A DNA stretch of 64,000 nt from Antedon mediterranea (lineage: Eukaryota > Animalia > Echinodermata), in the NCBI RefSeq assembly GCF_964355755.1, contig NC_092674.1:17794001-17858000 (forward strand), read 5' to 3'. Below, piece after piece: positions 1-12,095 of the stretch. Every line of letters begins with the position of its first letter. Within the stretch, counting starts at the first letter, position 1. The notes beneath the pieces were generated by a model. That model saw only the letters and a program-made list of their open reading frames with translations. It searched no databases and had not been told where the DNA came from. The translations under genes were made by a program, and so were the position numbers.

Positions 1-1070
1 GTTCACGTAAAGTAAATGCCTTTAATCAATATAATTGATTAGTTGAATATCTAAAACAAATTAATTTCAGTAGTTCACGATACGTTGGGTTAACCACTAA
101 AATATTTTTTTATTTAATATTGAATGGCGCCACCAACGGCCATTTTGCCGAAAGTGACTGACCCGGAAGCCAGTTGAACAACATCACGAGTGTGTGAAAA
201 TAACCCTGTGATATCCACAAATTTCGATAGGTAACGCTAAATTTTGTCCTTGTAAAAGACAAAAGTGGAACAATAGCATCGATGTGAAAACTAATGTTAT
301 CAAATCTACGTTTCGCGGTACATCTGAGATAGATAAGGTAGGTATCCATGGCGGAGATTTGTACCGAAGTTTTTGCATTGTGCTCGCCTATGTCAGAATT
401 AACCATAATTTATATAAAGATAATGGCTGTTTCAATCCTTATAGTTAGGGAGATGGCTATCGGATCTCCTGCATAAAACGAAACATGCATTGTTTATGCA
501 GGAGTGCATATTGCACTCATCAGCTGGTAAACCAATAGCGTAATACCCTCAACATATTAAATTAACTCAACTTGGTTATCTCATTAAAACAACAATTGAA
601 CTTGGTTGTAAACATATTGTATATTGAACAAAAAACAACTCAACATTTTTAATCAATTATGGTAAAAGTAAATAAAAACCAACGTATGAAAAGGTTATAT
701 TATAGTGATGTAACAAAACTCAACAGTGTTTGAAATGAATAAATAGCAATGGCGAATAAAATGAATGAACAAACAGTAAATGAAGTCATGGTCTCTTACC
801 TTAAAAAAATGATCATCGACGACGCCGCATCACTTATACATTTTTGTTTAACTGAAGACATAATGATACATGTATCCGCTAATTATAGGAAAGAAAATAG
901 AAATATACGGTACAGAGATTTTCATGAAAAGCTGTTATTATTCGTCCATGATTTATGAATTGATTCTTACCAAAAATATTGATAGTTTTTATAGAATAAT
1001 CTATCAAATGCAATTTTACTGTATAATCGTAGCATATATAATACCTGTTTTCTTGGTATAAAGGCCAAAA

Positions 1071-1535
1071 TTCAAACTAATTTGCTAAGTTGTAGAGTGA
1101 ATTTAATGTGTAAATGTTTTGCTATTTATAACTTATAGATGCCTTGAATGGATAAATATAGAATGATAGATTCTGCTTTCATGGACTTCATTGTGCAATC
1201 AGAGGTTTTTCACTGTTGCTGATTTTCTTGTCATTAGAAGTTCAATTTAATTTATTCCAGATTTTACAATACACAAACAATAACACATTCATCACACATG
1301 CTAGACCCGGGGGACTCCAAGAGCGAACTTAATCACTTTTGATGGGACGTCCCGTCCAGTTAATCTTACAATACATATTTTCATGGTGTATGTGATAATA
1401 ATAAATGGTTACTGCCACATCCTAGAACAATTCCACTCCTTAATATAGTATATTTCCATACATTATTTAATCTTTATATCGTATTAATATGGCCTTACAC
1501 TTGTGTTACTTGTGTTGATTGGCATTGACGTTTCT
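1071..1535. repeat. Inverted repeat arm, partner at 4007-4320
   Basis: 1071-1326 is the near-identical reverse complement of 4066-4320, and 1489-1535 of 4007-4052. Confidence 0.85.
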
Positions 1536-1750
1536 CGTACTCAATAAATACTGTATCTATTTTCTTTTGTATATTATTTAATAACTGAACAGTTTATTTA
1601 TCTGAAAATATGTACAAAGCTGAGGATCAAATATCCATTTCTAGTTCTAAATACAACCTTAAACATGCCCTGATCTCCGTATATGGCAACTAAAATGTTT
1701 TAATTTTTGTTTTTTTTTTGCTTTGATAATTCTTATATATATATATAAAA

Positions 1751-1789
1751 TGCACTGATGAAGGGCTAATGTTGCCCGAAAGCTCTGCT
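1751..1789 (+). ncRNA. Minimal hammerhead ribozyme (PLE pLTR, inverted copy)
   Basis: TGCA-CTGATGA-AGGGC taatgtt GCCC-GAAA-GCTC-TGC: HHR core with stem II and a very short palindromic stem III. Confidence 0.8.
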
Positions 1790-4010
1790 AACTTTTCTGG
1801 CTGTTTACTTTATCGTTTTGATAGCTTTTCGCTTTTTATTTTTGTATCTCCATTGAGATCCAGCCACTGATACCCACAGCATTGTCATTTTTTTCAGTAA
1901 TTTGCCTTTATAAATCCAAAGGCAAATTACTGAAAAAAATGACAAGTGCAAGTGAAGGAATTTGGATAAGGTCATAGTATAAAGCTGGCAAGTGCTGCCT
2001 GGGTGGACAGGAATAAAAGAAATATAACAAAGGGAGCCAGGGTGGAGTCTGAATAAGAGTAGAAAACAAAGAAGGTAGCTTGGTAGAGATATAAACAATT
2101 TTGGAATGAGACTAAAACTAACAGCTTAAATGGTGGTTAATATTGAAACTTAAATTTTGGTAGTCAATGGAATAATTTTACCGATCTGGGAGTATGTTCC
2201 TAATGTTAAGTCCAAAAGGTTTTGTGGTTTTAAGTAGTAATTCCCAGTGGTTTTCTTTGTCTTTGCGAGTTTTGTCGCTCCATTTGACATCGTGGTCTAT
2301 TGCAATAACTCTGAAATTTGCAATCGTGACCAGCTGAATTAAAATGTTCGGCTACAGGTTGATCAAGCTTTAATGTTTTGATAGCTGATCTATGTTGTGT
2401 CATTCTCATACGGAGAGTGTTTTTTGTTTCTCCGACGTACTGTTTGCCACAAATATTACAGTATATGAGATAAATGACGTTTTTGGTTAGACAATTAATT
2501 GATTGTCTTATCCGAAAAATGCGGCTGTCATGAGAGTTAATTTCACTCTTAAATTTGGATCTTACTAATATATCACGAAGGTTGGGAGGTCTACGAAATG
2601 CAATAATGGGTGGTTCCGAAAAAACAGTCCTGAGACGTTCTGTGGACTGTCGAATGGGCATGTTTCTCAATAAAAGCCCGTAATGGAGACAACCTAGGGT
2701 GGTAGGTTGTGACCAATGGCACTCTGGTCGAATTTTTTGGCTGACGTGGTTTGTACGTCAGTGTTTGACATCGAGGAATATCTTTTGCTTTCTTTATAGC
2801 AGTTTCGATGTATTCCTTCTTGTAATTTCTATTCCGGAGATGTCCGGTTAGTTCTTCGGTACGATTCTGAAAATCTAAATCTGAAGAACAGATACGTCTG
2901 ATACGTAATGCTTGACTGTACGGTATGTTTTTAGTACAGTGTCGGGGGTGACAACTGCTAGGGAGCAGGTACATATTTTTATCCGTGGGTTTACGGAATA
3001 GGTCAGTTTTGAGTGTACCATTTTCTATGGTCACTATAGTGTCCAAAAAATCAACGCTACTAGTGGATTTGGTAGCTGTAAATTTGATAGTTGGGTGGGC
3101 TGAATTAATATTGAGAAGAAAAGATTCCAAATTATCTTCACCATGAGTCCAGATCATGAAGATGTCGTCAATGTATCTAAACCAAACAAGTGGTTTATTT
3201 GGTTGGAGGGACAGAAAATTGGCCTCAAATTGTCCCATAAATAAATTTGCAAAAGATGGCGCCATTTTTGTGCCCATCGCTGTGCCATGAATTTGAAGGT
3301 AATGGTCATTTCCAAAAATAAAATTGTTGTTGGTTAAAATCAACATGACCAGTTCTCGTAAATGAGCTTTAGTAGGCGTTTTGCCTGGAATTTGTATGTA
3401 ATTTAAAATACATGCGTCGGCTCCTTCTTTGTGAGGGATATTAGTATACAATGATGAAACATCTAATGTAGCCAGAACAGAATTATTAGGTAAATTTTGA
3501 ATTTGGTTAATTTTGCGGATAAAGTCTGTGGAGTCCTGAATGTATGAAGGGAGATCAGTCACATATGGTCTTAGTAAATCATCCACATATTCAGAAATTT
3601 TCTCTGTAGCAGTGCCATTGCCCGAAATAATGGGTCTACCAGGATTGCCTGCTTTGTGGATTTTAGGTAGGAAATAAAATCTGCCTGGAACTGGATTGAA
3701 GTGTTTTTTAACCATCACAGAAACAGATTTGGCCACCTTATCCACAATTTCCGGGGTGGGGATCCGTTGTAAGTTTACGATAATGAAGAGGATTGTTTAG
3801 CTGTCTTAAGGACTCCTCTTCATAACATTTGATGTCCATGGCAACAGTGGCAGAACCTTTATCAGCGGGTTTAATGATAATATCATTACGCTGACGCAAT
3901 TTGGCAATGGCCTGCCTCTCGTTTTGAGAGATTGTCACGTTTATCTGGACTCGGGACGTAGTTTTGTACATCCTCCTCAATAGCCTGAATGAATGTTTCT
4001 AAAGCTGAAA
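1751..4010 (-). mobile_element. Penelope-like retroelement (Neptune-type), RT plus C-terminal GIY-YIG, frameshifted
   Basis: ORFs 3738-3980, 2591-3745, 2230-2670: IKPADKG, LPKIHK..PGRPIIS, GTAMGT, WFRYIDD, NIPYSQALRIRRICS, NVIYLIYC..CGKQYVGET. Confidence 0.93.
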
Positions 4011-4462
4011 CGTCAATGCCAATCAACACAAGTAACACAAGTGTAAGGCCATAAAAAAAAAAAAGATCGCTCTTGGAGTCCCCCGGGTCTAGCATGTGTG
4101 ATGAATGTGTTATTGTTTGTGTATTGTAAAATCTGGAATAAATTAAATTGAACTTCTAATGACAAGAAAATCAGCAACAGTGAAAAACCTCAGATTCCAC
4201 AATGAAGTCCATAAAAGCAGAATCTATCATTCTATATTTATCCATTCAAGGCATCTATAAGTTAAATAGCAAAACATTTACACATTAAATTCACTCTACA
4301 ACTTAGCAAATTAGTTTGAATATATATATATATATATATATATAAACACAACAGGCATAGAAATAAATTCCAAACCGCTCGGTGATACACTGAAAATTAT
4401 TTAATTAATTTTTGAAACGATAAAGATGAGGAAATCTGGGAGAATGAGAAAAAGTCGCCCCA

Positions 4463-4777
4463 GTGAGTGGCCGAGCGGTTAAGACAGTGGAACCGTAATC
4501 ACGTAGCCATAACATCGGCAGGGGTTCGAGGCTCACTCACTCCATGGTTCTGGTGGTAGAACGAGTCTTCTCGGATAAGGACTATAAACCGTAGGTCCAG
4601 TGTACACAACTTGCTCATGTGCACTTTAAAGAACCTAGTACATCTTTTGAGACGAGTAGGGGATTACCCCGGTGTATTAGTACATCACAGCCACTGATCA
4701 CCAACTGGGCCCTCTGGGAGATCAGTCTTTGACTGAAGAGGTCACCCAGTATAAAGATAAAACAAACAAACAAACAA
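4463..4777 (+). mobile_element. tRNA-derived SINE (Deu/Nin-like central domain)
   Basis: A box TGGCCGAGCGG, B box GGTTCGAG, TCGGATAAGGACTATAAACCG..GCACTTTAAAGAACC, (AAAC)n tail; interrupts the tRNA-like module. Confidence 0.8.
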
Positions 4778-5142
4778 ACCGAGACTCGAACTCGGACCGT
4801 CTGCTTGATATGCAGTTGCCCTAACCATTAAACCACTGGGGTTTTCATGATATTGTTCTTTAACTCGATCGGATAACGACCCTTTAACATTCTCGGCGTG
4901 GTACGGTTGGAACACAACTAGTCCTCAGTTGTACGCACGCGCACCAGAGATCAAATTGATACGCCCTCATCTATAATTCAGTATATTTATTCACTAAGTG
5001 GGATCTCGAGAGATACTTTTATATATATATAAACACAACAGGCATAGAAATAAATTCCAAACCGCTCGGTGATACACTGAAAATTATTTAATTAATTTTT
5101 GAAACGATAAAGATGAGGAAATCTGGGAGAATGAGAAAAAGT

Positions 5143-5214
5143 CGCCCCAACCGAGACTCGAACTCGGACCGTCTGCTTGATATGCAGTTGCCCTAACCAT
5201 TAGACCACTGGGGT
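5143..5214 (-). pseudogene. tRNA-like cloverleaf (Asp-like, anticodon ATC) within the repeat module
   Basis: ACCCCAG TG GTCTAATGGTTAGGGC AA CTGC ATATCAA GCAG ACGGT CCGAG TTCGAGT CTCGG TTGGGGC G followed by ACTTTTT; A and B boxes present, 1:72 mismatch. Confidence 0.65.
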
Positions 5215-5310
5215 TTTCATGGTATTGTTCTTTAACTCGATCGGATAACGACCCTTTAACATTCTCGGCGTGGTACGGTTGGAACACAACTAGTCCTCAG
5301 TTGTATATAT

Positions 5311-5537
5311 ATAAATCCAAAGGCAAATTACTGAAAAAATGACAATGCTGTGGGTATCACTGGCTGGATCTCAATGGAGATACAAAATAAAAGCTAAAAG
5401 CTAAATCAAAACAAGAAGCAAAACAGCCAGAAAAGTTAGCAGAGCTTTCGGGCAACACTAGCCCTTCATCAGTGCAAGTGAAGGAATTTGGATAACGTCA
5501 TAGTATAAAGCTGGCAAGTGCTGCTTGGGTGGACAAT
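5311..5537 (-). repeat. PLE pseudo-LTR with hammerhead ribozyme (HHR 5438-5476)
   Basis: Matches 1751-2010; contains the reverse complement of the same CTGATGA...GAAA core; flanked by (TA)n. Confidence 0.8.
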
Positions 5538-5999
5538 ATATATATTGTGCCAGTTCTGCGGTACATTTCATTTCGAAACCTGAGCTGCACTGACGAGATC
5601 TAAACAGTACTGTCTGCAGATTGATTATTATATATATAATTTTTTTTTACATTTTTGGTATTGCATTCTTTGAAAATTACCTTTTTCATTTAATGTCCTT
5701 GTCTGAATATCTTTTCCCTTTTCGTTTTTTTTCATAATATATTGTATATTGTATCTTTTTCTTCTGGTTAGTTGTTGATTCTACAACTGGAATGATGAGT
5801 ACGGCGCAGACAAATAACGATCACACAATTTGAAAAAAAGTTGTGTGGGTAGGGCTTATAGGGGGCTGGGTTGGAAAAATGAATAGATGCTATTATTTAT
5901 ATGTTTTTGAATTTAAAAAAATTTGATTTTACATTAGCAAACCTTTTTTACTTACCAAAATTATAATAGTTATATTTTTCTTTTTTTAAATGTTTTTAG

Positions 6000-6066
6000 G
6001 CCAGTTTGCGGGATTCGTGGAAACACACTGATAATTAATCTTCCTGGTAGTTCTAAAGGCTCAAAG
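6000..6066 (+). CDS. GPHN: Gephyrin exon (end of G/MogA domain)
   Basis: tttttag|G...AAG|gtaa; translates (R)[22 protein letters not shown], closely matching vertebrate gephyrin [23 protein letters not shown]. Confidence 0.95.
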
Positions 6067-7149
6067 GTAAATCTACTTTTTATGATACAATATTATTTAT
6101 TGTCATTTTAACGAGGTACAAATGAAATTTGGTTAGTTGGTTTAAATGTTGATATACAGAGAATTATTCAATGAATACAACAAAAAAGAGTGTAACCAAT
6201 GAATCTAAAGAGATCTTACGAACTTGTTATTAAATATGTGAATAGAATTAAAAACAAATGATTGTTGGCTGGCAGCATTTAGTGTTTTGATTCAAAGTGA
6301 TCAGTTTAGTTAATCTTAAAGAATTGATTTCGAGAGTGATCAGGATCATAACAAATTTTATTTACAGTTTTTCCTCATTTGTGCTATTATATAAATGTTT
6401 GTAAGTAATTATGCATCTTAGAAATTGTCTGAGATATGTCGATTTTGTCTTCCATTATGCGGAGTCCAAAATCTCTCTCACACGCTCCCCCGAATACTAT
6501 AATATCGGAAAATGCTGGTTACATATGTGTTGAAAAAGCTCAGTCTTCTTATGGTCAAGTACATGTCATGATTTATTGAATGCAAGGATGGCAAACCTTT
6601 TTCTGTTACCTATGTCACTGTAGGTCATGGGACAACTAGAACTGATGTCATTCCTAGATACTTGCAGTTCTTCCATTCTTCATCTTCATTTTTTTTTGGA
6701 ATGATTACTGTTCAAATTAAATGCCTTCAGTTGATTTGGAATTACGTTTTTTAACATGGGTGATGATGTCCATAGCGGATGATAGAAATATATAGTCCAG
6801 TAAAAGTATGATATGCGATACCACAGGTAGGTATTTTTGTTGGATCGCAATACTACGAGAGGCTTTGTTTTGCTATGCCTCCGTTGGAAGGGCATTAAAT
6901 GTACTCCATTGTTACCAGCTATCAAAAAAAGAACAATGCTAGTATAACAACCCACCTTTTATCGACGAATTCTACCCCTACAGTTACGCCCGAGTAGGCC
7001 TGCCTAGCGATTGTTGATATTAAATATTAATAAAAATTCTTTGTTTCCTTTTCGTTATACGGGAGTTTCTCTAGAAAACTTGATATAAATCAAAATAATA
7101 CGATATTGCGTAAAAAGTAATTCTAAATAGGGCCCTATACTAACAAATT

Positions 7150-7679
7150 GAATCCGGGACGATTCGGCCCTGAGACGATGCGGCCCGGGACGATTCAGTC
7201 TACTTTTGGTGGGACGATTCGGCCCACTTGGGGCTGAAACATCGCACTTTGTGGGCTGAAACATCTCACTTTAGACCAATTAAGTTTTTAAAGGTGTTTA
7301 ACAAACCATATTTTATTGATATTGACAATTTTGATATAATATATCAAATAAATTACTAAAAAAACATAATTTTATATTCAATTTATTACTTCGAAAACTT
7401 TGTTTATTTTGTGCATTCGCCAAGTGGCCAACAGAGGGCGTAACTTGTTTACATCGTTTGCGTAACTAAAAATTGATCATTTTCAACAATGTTTTCAAAA
7501 TGTTTGCTTTATTGCATCTCTATACCTAGTAGTACTACCCCATAGTCTCTCTGAAAATAAAGTTTGGGGAAAAAAGCTTATTTTATGCTTATAAAATGCG
7601 TATAAAAGCCGATAAATGTAAGTGTGTCGAATCGTCTCAGGGCCGCATCCATAGTCCCGGGCCGAATCGTTCTGCTACC
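7150..7679. mobile_element. MITE with repetitive inverted ends (possibly MULE-type)
   Basis: GACGATTCGGCCC repeats at the left end and GGGCCGAATCGTC/TT at the right end; no clean TSD. Confidence 0.55.
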
Positions 7680-8279
7680 TAACGAAGCAGCCAACACCGC
7701 TAATAATACATTCGTTGAGGAAAAAAGGTTTTACTTATGGTAGGCCTATCTAGTACTGCACTTGGGCTATAGATAGGTACTCTGTATGGTGCGTGGTACT
7801 TTATTGGTTTTTTAAAACATTTTTTAACAGACTCTGGCCTTAGCTTAGCTAGCTAGGCTAAATAAAAATATTACTTCTGTATTTTCTATCATTTTTCCCC
7901 TTGATTCATTGATAACAATGTTTTTTTTTGTCTTTTGTGAGATACACTCGCTTCCTTTTCAGTACATACTGTATACAGAGAAAAAAAATATTGTAAACAT
8001 ACTGTATTACAAACGTTTGTTTGCAATCTAAATTGTTCCTTTTGTTCCTTTTCTTATATGCTTTTTAAAAATATATATTAAGTGTCATTCTTACAAATAT
8101 AATAAAATAAGTATGTACACCGTCAATAGTTATACATTATACATAAATAAAAGATAAAAATGTAAAACATACAACTCGGAAGCTACCTTTCTTTCTCTCA
8201 TAGTCAATATCACATTATTATAGAATACTTCTTTTGAAGGATAACTATGGCACGCCAGGATGGACATAACTATGTCAAG

Positions 8280-8515
8280 TTGACCTCATTGTGTTATAGA
8301 CATCGCTTGTGTTAATTTAACACATCGCTTGTGTTATGGAGACATCGATTGTGTTGAGTTAACACATCGCTCGTGTTATGGAGACATCGCTCGAGTTGAG
8401 TTTGCACATCGCTCGTGTTATGTTGACATCGCTCGTGTTATGTTGACATCGCTCGTGTTATGTTGACATCGCTCCTGTTGAGTTTATACATTGCTCGTGT
8501 TATGTTGACATCGCT
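8280..8515. repeat. ~20-bp minisatellite
   Basis: Repeated ACATCGCTCGTGTTATGTTG variants. Confidence 0.9.
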
Positions 8516-10384
8516 TTTTTACACATCAGGCGAAAAAATAGAAATAAAAAACAAATTATCTACCTCAAAAAAAAAACAGTACTTGAAACAAAATTTTATT
8601 TTAAAATTTAGCTTTTTGCTTATTTTATTTGTATTTCCATTGAGATCTAGCGACTGATACCACAACATTAAAAAATTGAAGAAATTTGCCTTGATTTATA
8701 ATGATATAATTGTTTTTGTTGTTGTTAGGGTTATCCGCAACTTGTAAAGTTGCGGATAACCCTTGTGATTGTAAATATCTTTTTTATCTTCTTTGTTATT
8801 AGTTATCCGCTTAGTAGCGGATAACTCCTTGTAATTGTCCTGTTACTTTTTTTTTTTTTTAGTTATCCGCATTCAGCGGATAACTCCTTGTAACTGTCCT
8901 GTTTCATCATCTTTTTTTTAGTTATCCGCTTAGTAGCGGATAACTCCTTGTGATTGTAGTGGATCAATATTTTTTTTGGTTATCCGCAACTTAGTTGCAG
9001 GATAACCCATGTGATTGTAAATATCTTTTTTTTTCATCATCATCTTTGTTCTTCTTTCTTTCCCTGATTTTTGTGAGCAGCATATCCCCTATTGCTTGTG
9101 AATATATCTTTTGTATAACTTTGTCATTATATGGACATTTACATGAAGTTGTGCACCTCCATATTTTGAATGACGTCAGAGTTGCGCAACGTGACTTACG
9201 CGCGATTTTATGAATTTCAATGATTGATCATAGGATAAAAAATAAAAGTCATTTTGTATTGACATTTGGTGAATATTTAAGTCATATCAAAGGCAAACTT
9301 TCTATGAATTAAAAATGGCATGTTTCAAAAGAATTTACGCGCGCACGCGCATTTAAAGTTTCAAAATGCGCAAAATTAATTTCTAATCAATTCTACGCTG
9401 ATCATGACATTTTAAGCATGTCAAAAATTCCCGCGCGCGCGAAAAAATGTACGCGTATGGTGCGCACGGAGCATGAAAATCATGTTTTTATCTCTTGAAT
9501 TATGATTTTCCAGCCTTTCCTAGTAGTCCAAGAGCATTAGTTCATAAGTATAGGCAGACCCGGAAATTTCTGGTAACAAGCTAATTTTTTCAGGAAAGGT
9601 CGAAAACTATGATTGGAACATCATACTAAAAGTCCCGAAAAATCCTCCTTGTGCTCTCCGAGAAATCAAAGATGGCGTCCAAAATGGCTGCCATTTTAAA
9701 TTGGTCTATAACTTTGTAACCGCTTGTCGTAGAGTATCGATTTTGGTGTCAAGTAGTTCACAATATATACATTCCTATTTGCTCTAACAGAAAATGTTGT
9801 CAAAAAATGGCCGCTACTACAGTTTCTGGCAGTTTGACCTTTGACCTGGTCTTATCATATCTCGGTAATGGCTTGTCATAGAGAATTAAGATTAGGCCCA
9901 AATTGTTCAGAACATGCATATTTTTATTTGGTGTAATGAAATATTTTATCCCAAAATGACCGGAAGTGAGGTTATTGACCTCTTATTGACCTATTCATAT
10001 CTCTTTACCGTATCTCAAGAAACATTTGTCGTAGAGCATTACTTTTGGTGTCATATTGCTTGGAACATATACATTTCTATTTAGTCTAATACAACAGTTT
10101 GCCCCCAAATGCTCGGAAGTAAGTTAATTTATTGAAAACTTAAAAAATCAAAGAGCTGCATAGGCAGAGGATATGAATAATGTAGGTAAAATAAAAATCA
10201 AAGTTTTAACTCTGCCTTAAAACATGTTTTGGGCATAGCACATCATCAGGTAAAGTGAATTGTTACAAAAAGAAAATATAAAGTCAATAAATTACAAAGA
10301 ATAACTGTCAGGGGCTAATCAAAGTTGGTTAAGTGAAACAAAAGACAATTGGCAAATACCTATGTACACAGCACATATCCGACC

Positions 10385-10633
10385 ATTTTATATGCAACTT
10401 TGAGTTGCGTGCAAAAGCGACTCTATTGCTCACTATGTCGGTCGGTAAACACTAACTCATATTCATATTTTTTCGTTATTTTGACACTGGATGTTATTTA
10501 ATACTTGGAGGAAAATATAAATGTTTTTAAAAATGTGAACATTTTTAAACATTTTCAGCAATTTCAGTTGGGCGGTCAGTAAACAATAACTCAAATTTAC
10601 GCACGCGACTGCAGCCATGTATATGGCCTTGTT
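10385..10633 (+). mobile_element. Short HINE-like element (second family)
   Basis: GTTGCGTGC/GCACGCGAC subterminal inverted repeat, 3' hairpin GCCATGTATATGGC, ends CTTGTT. Confidence 0.5.
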
Positions 10634-10820
10634 GACTTTGTAAAAATAATGCATTTTGAAACATTCCTTGCTTTAAATGTTCGTTGTATGGCTTATTTAT
10701 GATAAAAAGAGAATATACCCTAGGTATTTCACGTCAAACGCTCTTTACTCGGCATGCATAGACTTTCTTTTCCAGATACAGATTTTATTTGGTCCTTGCT
10801 GAAATCTATGAAAAATAGAT

Positions 10821-10893
10821 TGGAATACCCGGGCAATGATCCCGGTACCTCTCACATGCTAAGTGAGAGCTCTACCATTTGAGCTAGTCCCCC
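10821..10893 (-). tRNA. tRNA-Ala(AGC) gene or recent pseudogene
   Basis: 73 nt GGGGGAC TA GCTC AAATGGTA GAGC T CTCAC TTAGCAT GTGAG AGGTA CCGGG ATCATTG CCCGG GTATTCC A; G3:U70 Ala identity pair; downstream T5; G5-A68 mismatch and an altered T-loop. Confidence 0.85.
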
Positions 10894-11254
10894 AGTTACA
10901 TATTTAACTGTTTAAAGATGAAAAAAGTATCGCCATATGCCCTATGATTTATTAAATATTAAAAATATGCAAAATAAAGGGTCTTTAAATCACTTCAACA
11001 TTGATCAGCAGCATTCTGTTACAGTCATTCATCATCTGATGTTGCATCTTCAACATCTTGGTGTTTCACATCATTATCATCATGTTCATCTTTATGGGTG
11101 GTGTTGCATGTTTGCCCAAAAGTTATGAGGTTAGAGAGAACATTCAAGAGTGCATTCTCTTTTAAAACAAGGAATTACCTGAGTTTCATGTTTCAAAATG
11201 CATTATTTTTACAAATAAAATGGTCTTTAACATTAGGTTTTTGACAATCCGGAG

Positions 11255-11564
11255 TATAATATATAATAATACCACATTTATATAGCGGCCTTTTCATGAG
11301 TAATCATGCTCAAAGGCGCTTTACAAGCATTATTACCCCAGTATTTTTTGGGATCAAACACGTATGGAAACATACTCCCATAATGCAGCCGGTAACCAGC
11401 GCAAAGTTGTGTCTAGATCTAACTGGGTACCCATTTATACACTTGGGTGGAGAGAGGCAACGTAAGTAAAGTATCTTGCCTACGGATACAAGCATGAATG
11501 CGGCGAGAGTTGGATTCGAACCTAGGTCTGACGATCGGTAGTCCAACGTCCAACACTGCGCCAT
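11255..11564 (-). mobile_element. tRNA-derived SINE (Meta-domain-like, L2-type tail)
   Basis: GGTTCGAATCC B box, GCCTCTCTCCACCCAAGTGTATAAATGGGTACC, GTAAAGCGCC...GCTATATAAAT tail; near-identical to 25917-26233. Confidence 0.85.
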
Positions 11565-11569
11565 ATTTA

Positions 11570-12095
11570 TTTATTTATTTATTCATTTCCCAACCAACAG
11601 TGAGCTCATGGTTCACCACTTACAGGAGGGAACACAGACAAACACGTACATATACAATAACAAACATTAAACTAAACTACTAACAATGTTACGAAACTTA
11701 CGGAAATTATTACTAAAAATATCTAACTCAGGGTTTCTTAAAGTAAAAGAATTGTAAGTTTGACTTAATCTACTAATAAAACCATTTTTTAAAACATTTA
11801 CTCTACTAAAAGGAATATGAAAAGTAGTATTTCTTCTAAGACGACGACTAGGGACTCTAAGATAAAAATTGCAAACTAAGTTACAGTCAAATAAAGAGTT
11901 AATACATTTATACAAAAAAACAAGATCAAAAAAGGTTCTATGAGACTCAGGAGATCGGACATGGAAATGAAAGTCAGGATTCTGGTTGTGGCTGATGTAG
12001 CGTAAAAAACGGTTATGCAGACGCTGAATGCGCGTAGACTGAGTTTTCGAAATAGAATTAAAAATAACAGAACTGAAGTTGAGAATGGGATGGAT
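11570..12095 (-). mobile_element. CR1-group LINE 3' fragment
   Basis: IIHPILNFSSVIFNSI..RIQRLHNRFLR..DLVFLYKCIN, ending in an (AAAT)n tail; related to 63130-64000. Confidence 0.7.

Larger units (their letters stand above)
4343..5303 (-). repeat. Two tandem copies of a tRNA-containing module inserted in (TA)n
   Basis: 4343-5020 and 5031-5303 are near-identical, separated and bounded by TA runs; the first copy is split by a SINE. Confidence 0.8.

Noticed and set aside
463-530. Hammerhead halves (CTGATGA on -, CGAAAC on +) within an inverted repeat
   Set aside because: The core boxes are on opposite strands, so no single-strand ribozyme can form.
110-1061. Short ORFs at the window start
   Set aside because: No recognisable motifs or splice context; the upstream gephyrin exon was not found here.
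8728-9010. CRISPR-like array of palindromic repeats with spacers
   Set aside because: Eukaryotic intron, no cas genes; the 'spacers' are related to each other and the units are Helentron 5' ends also seen on solitary copies.
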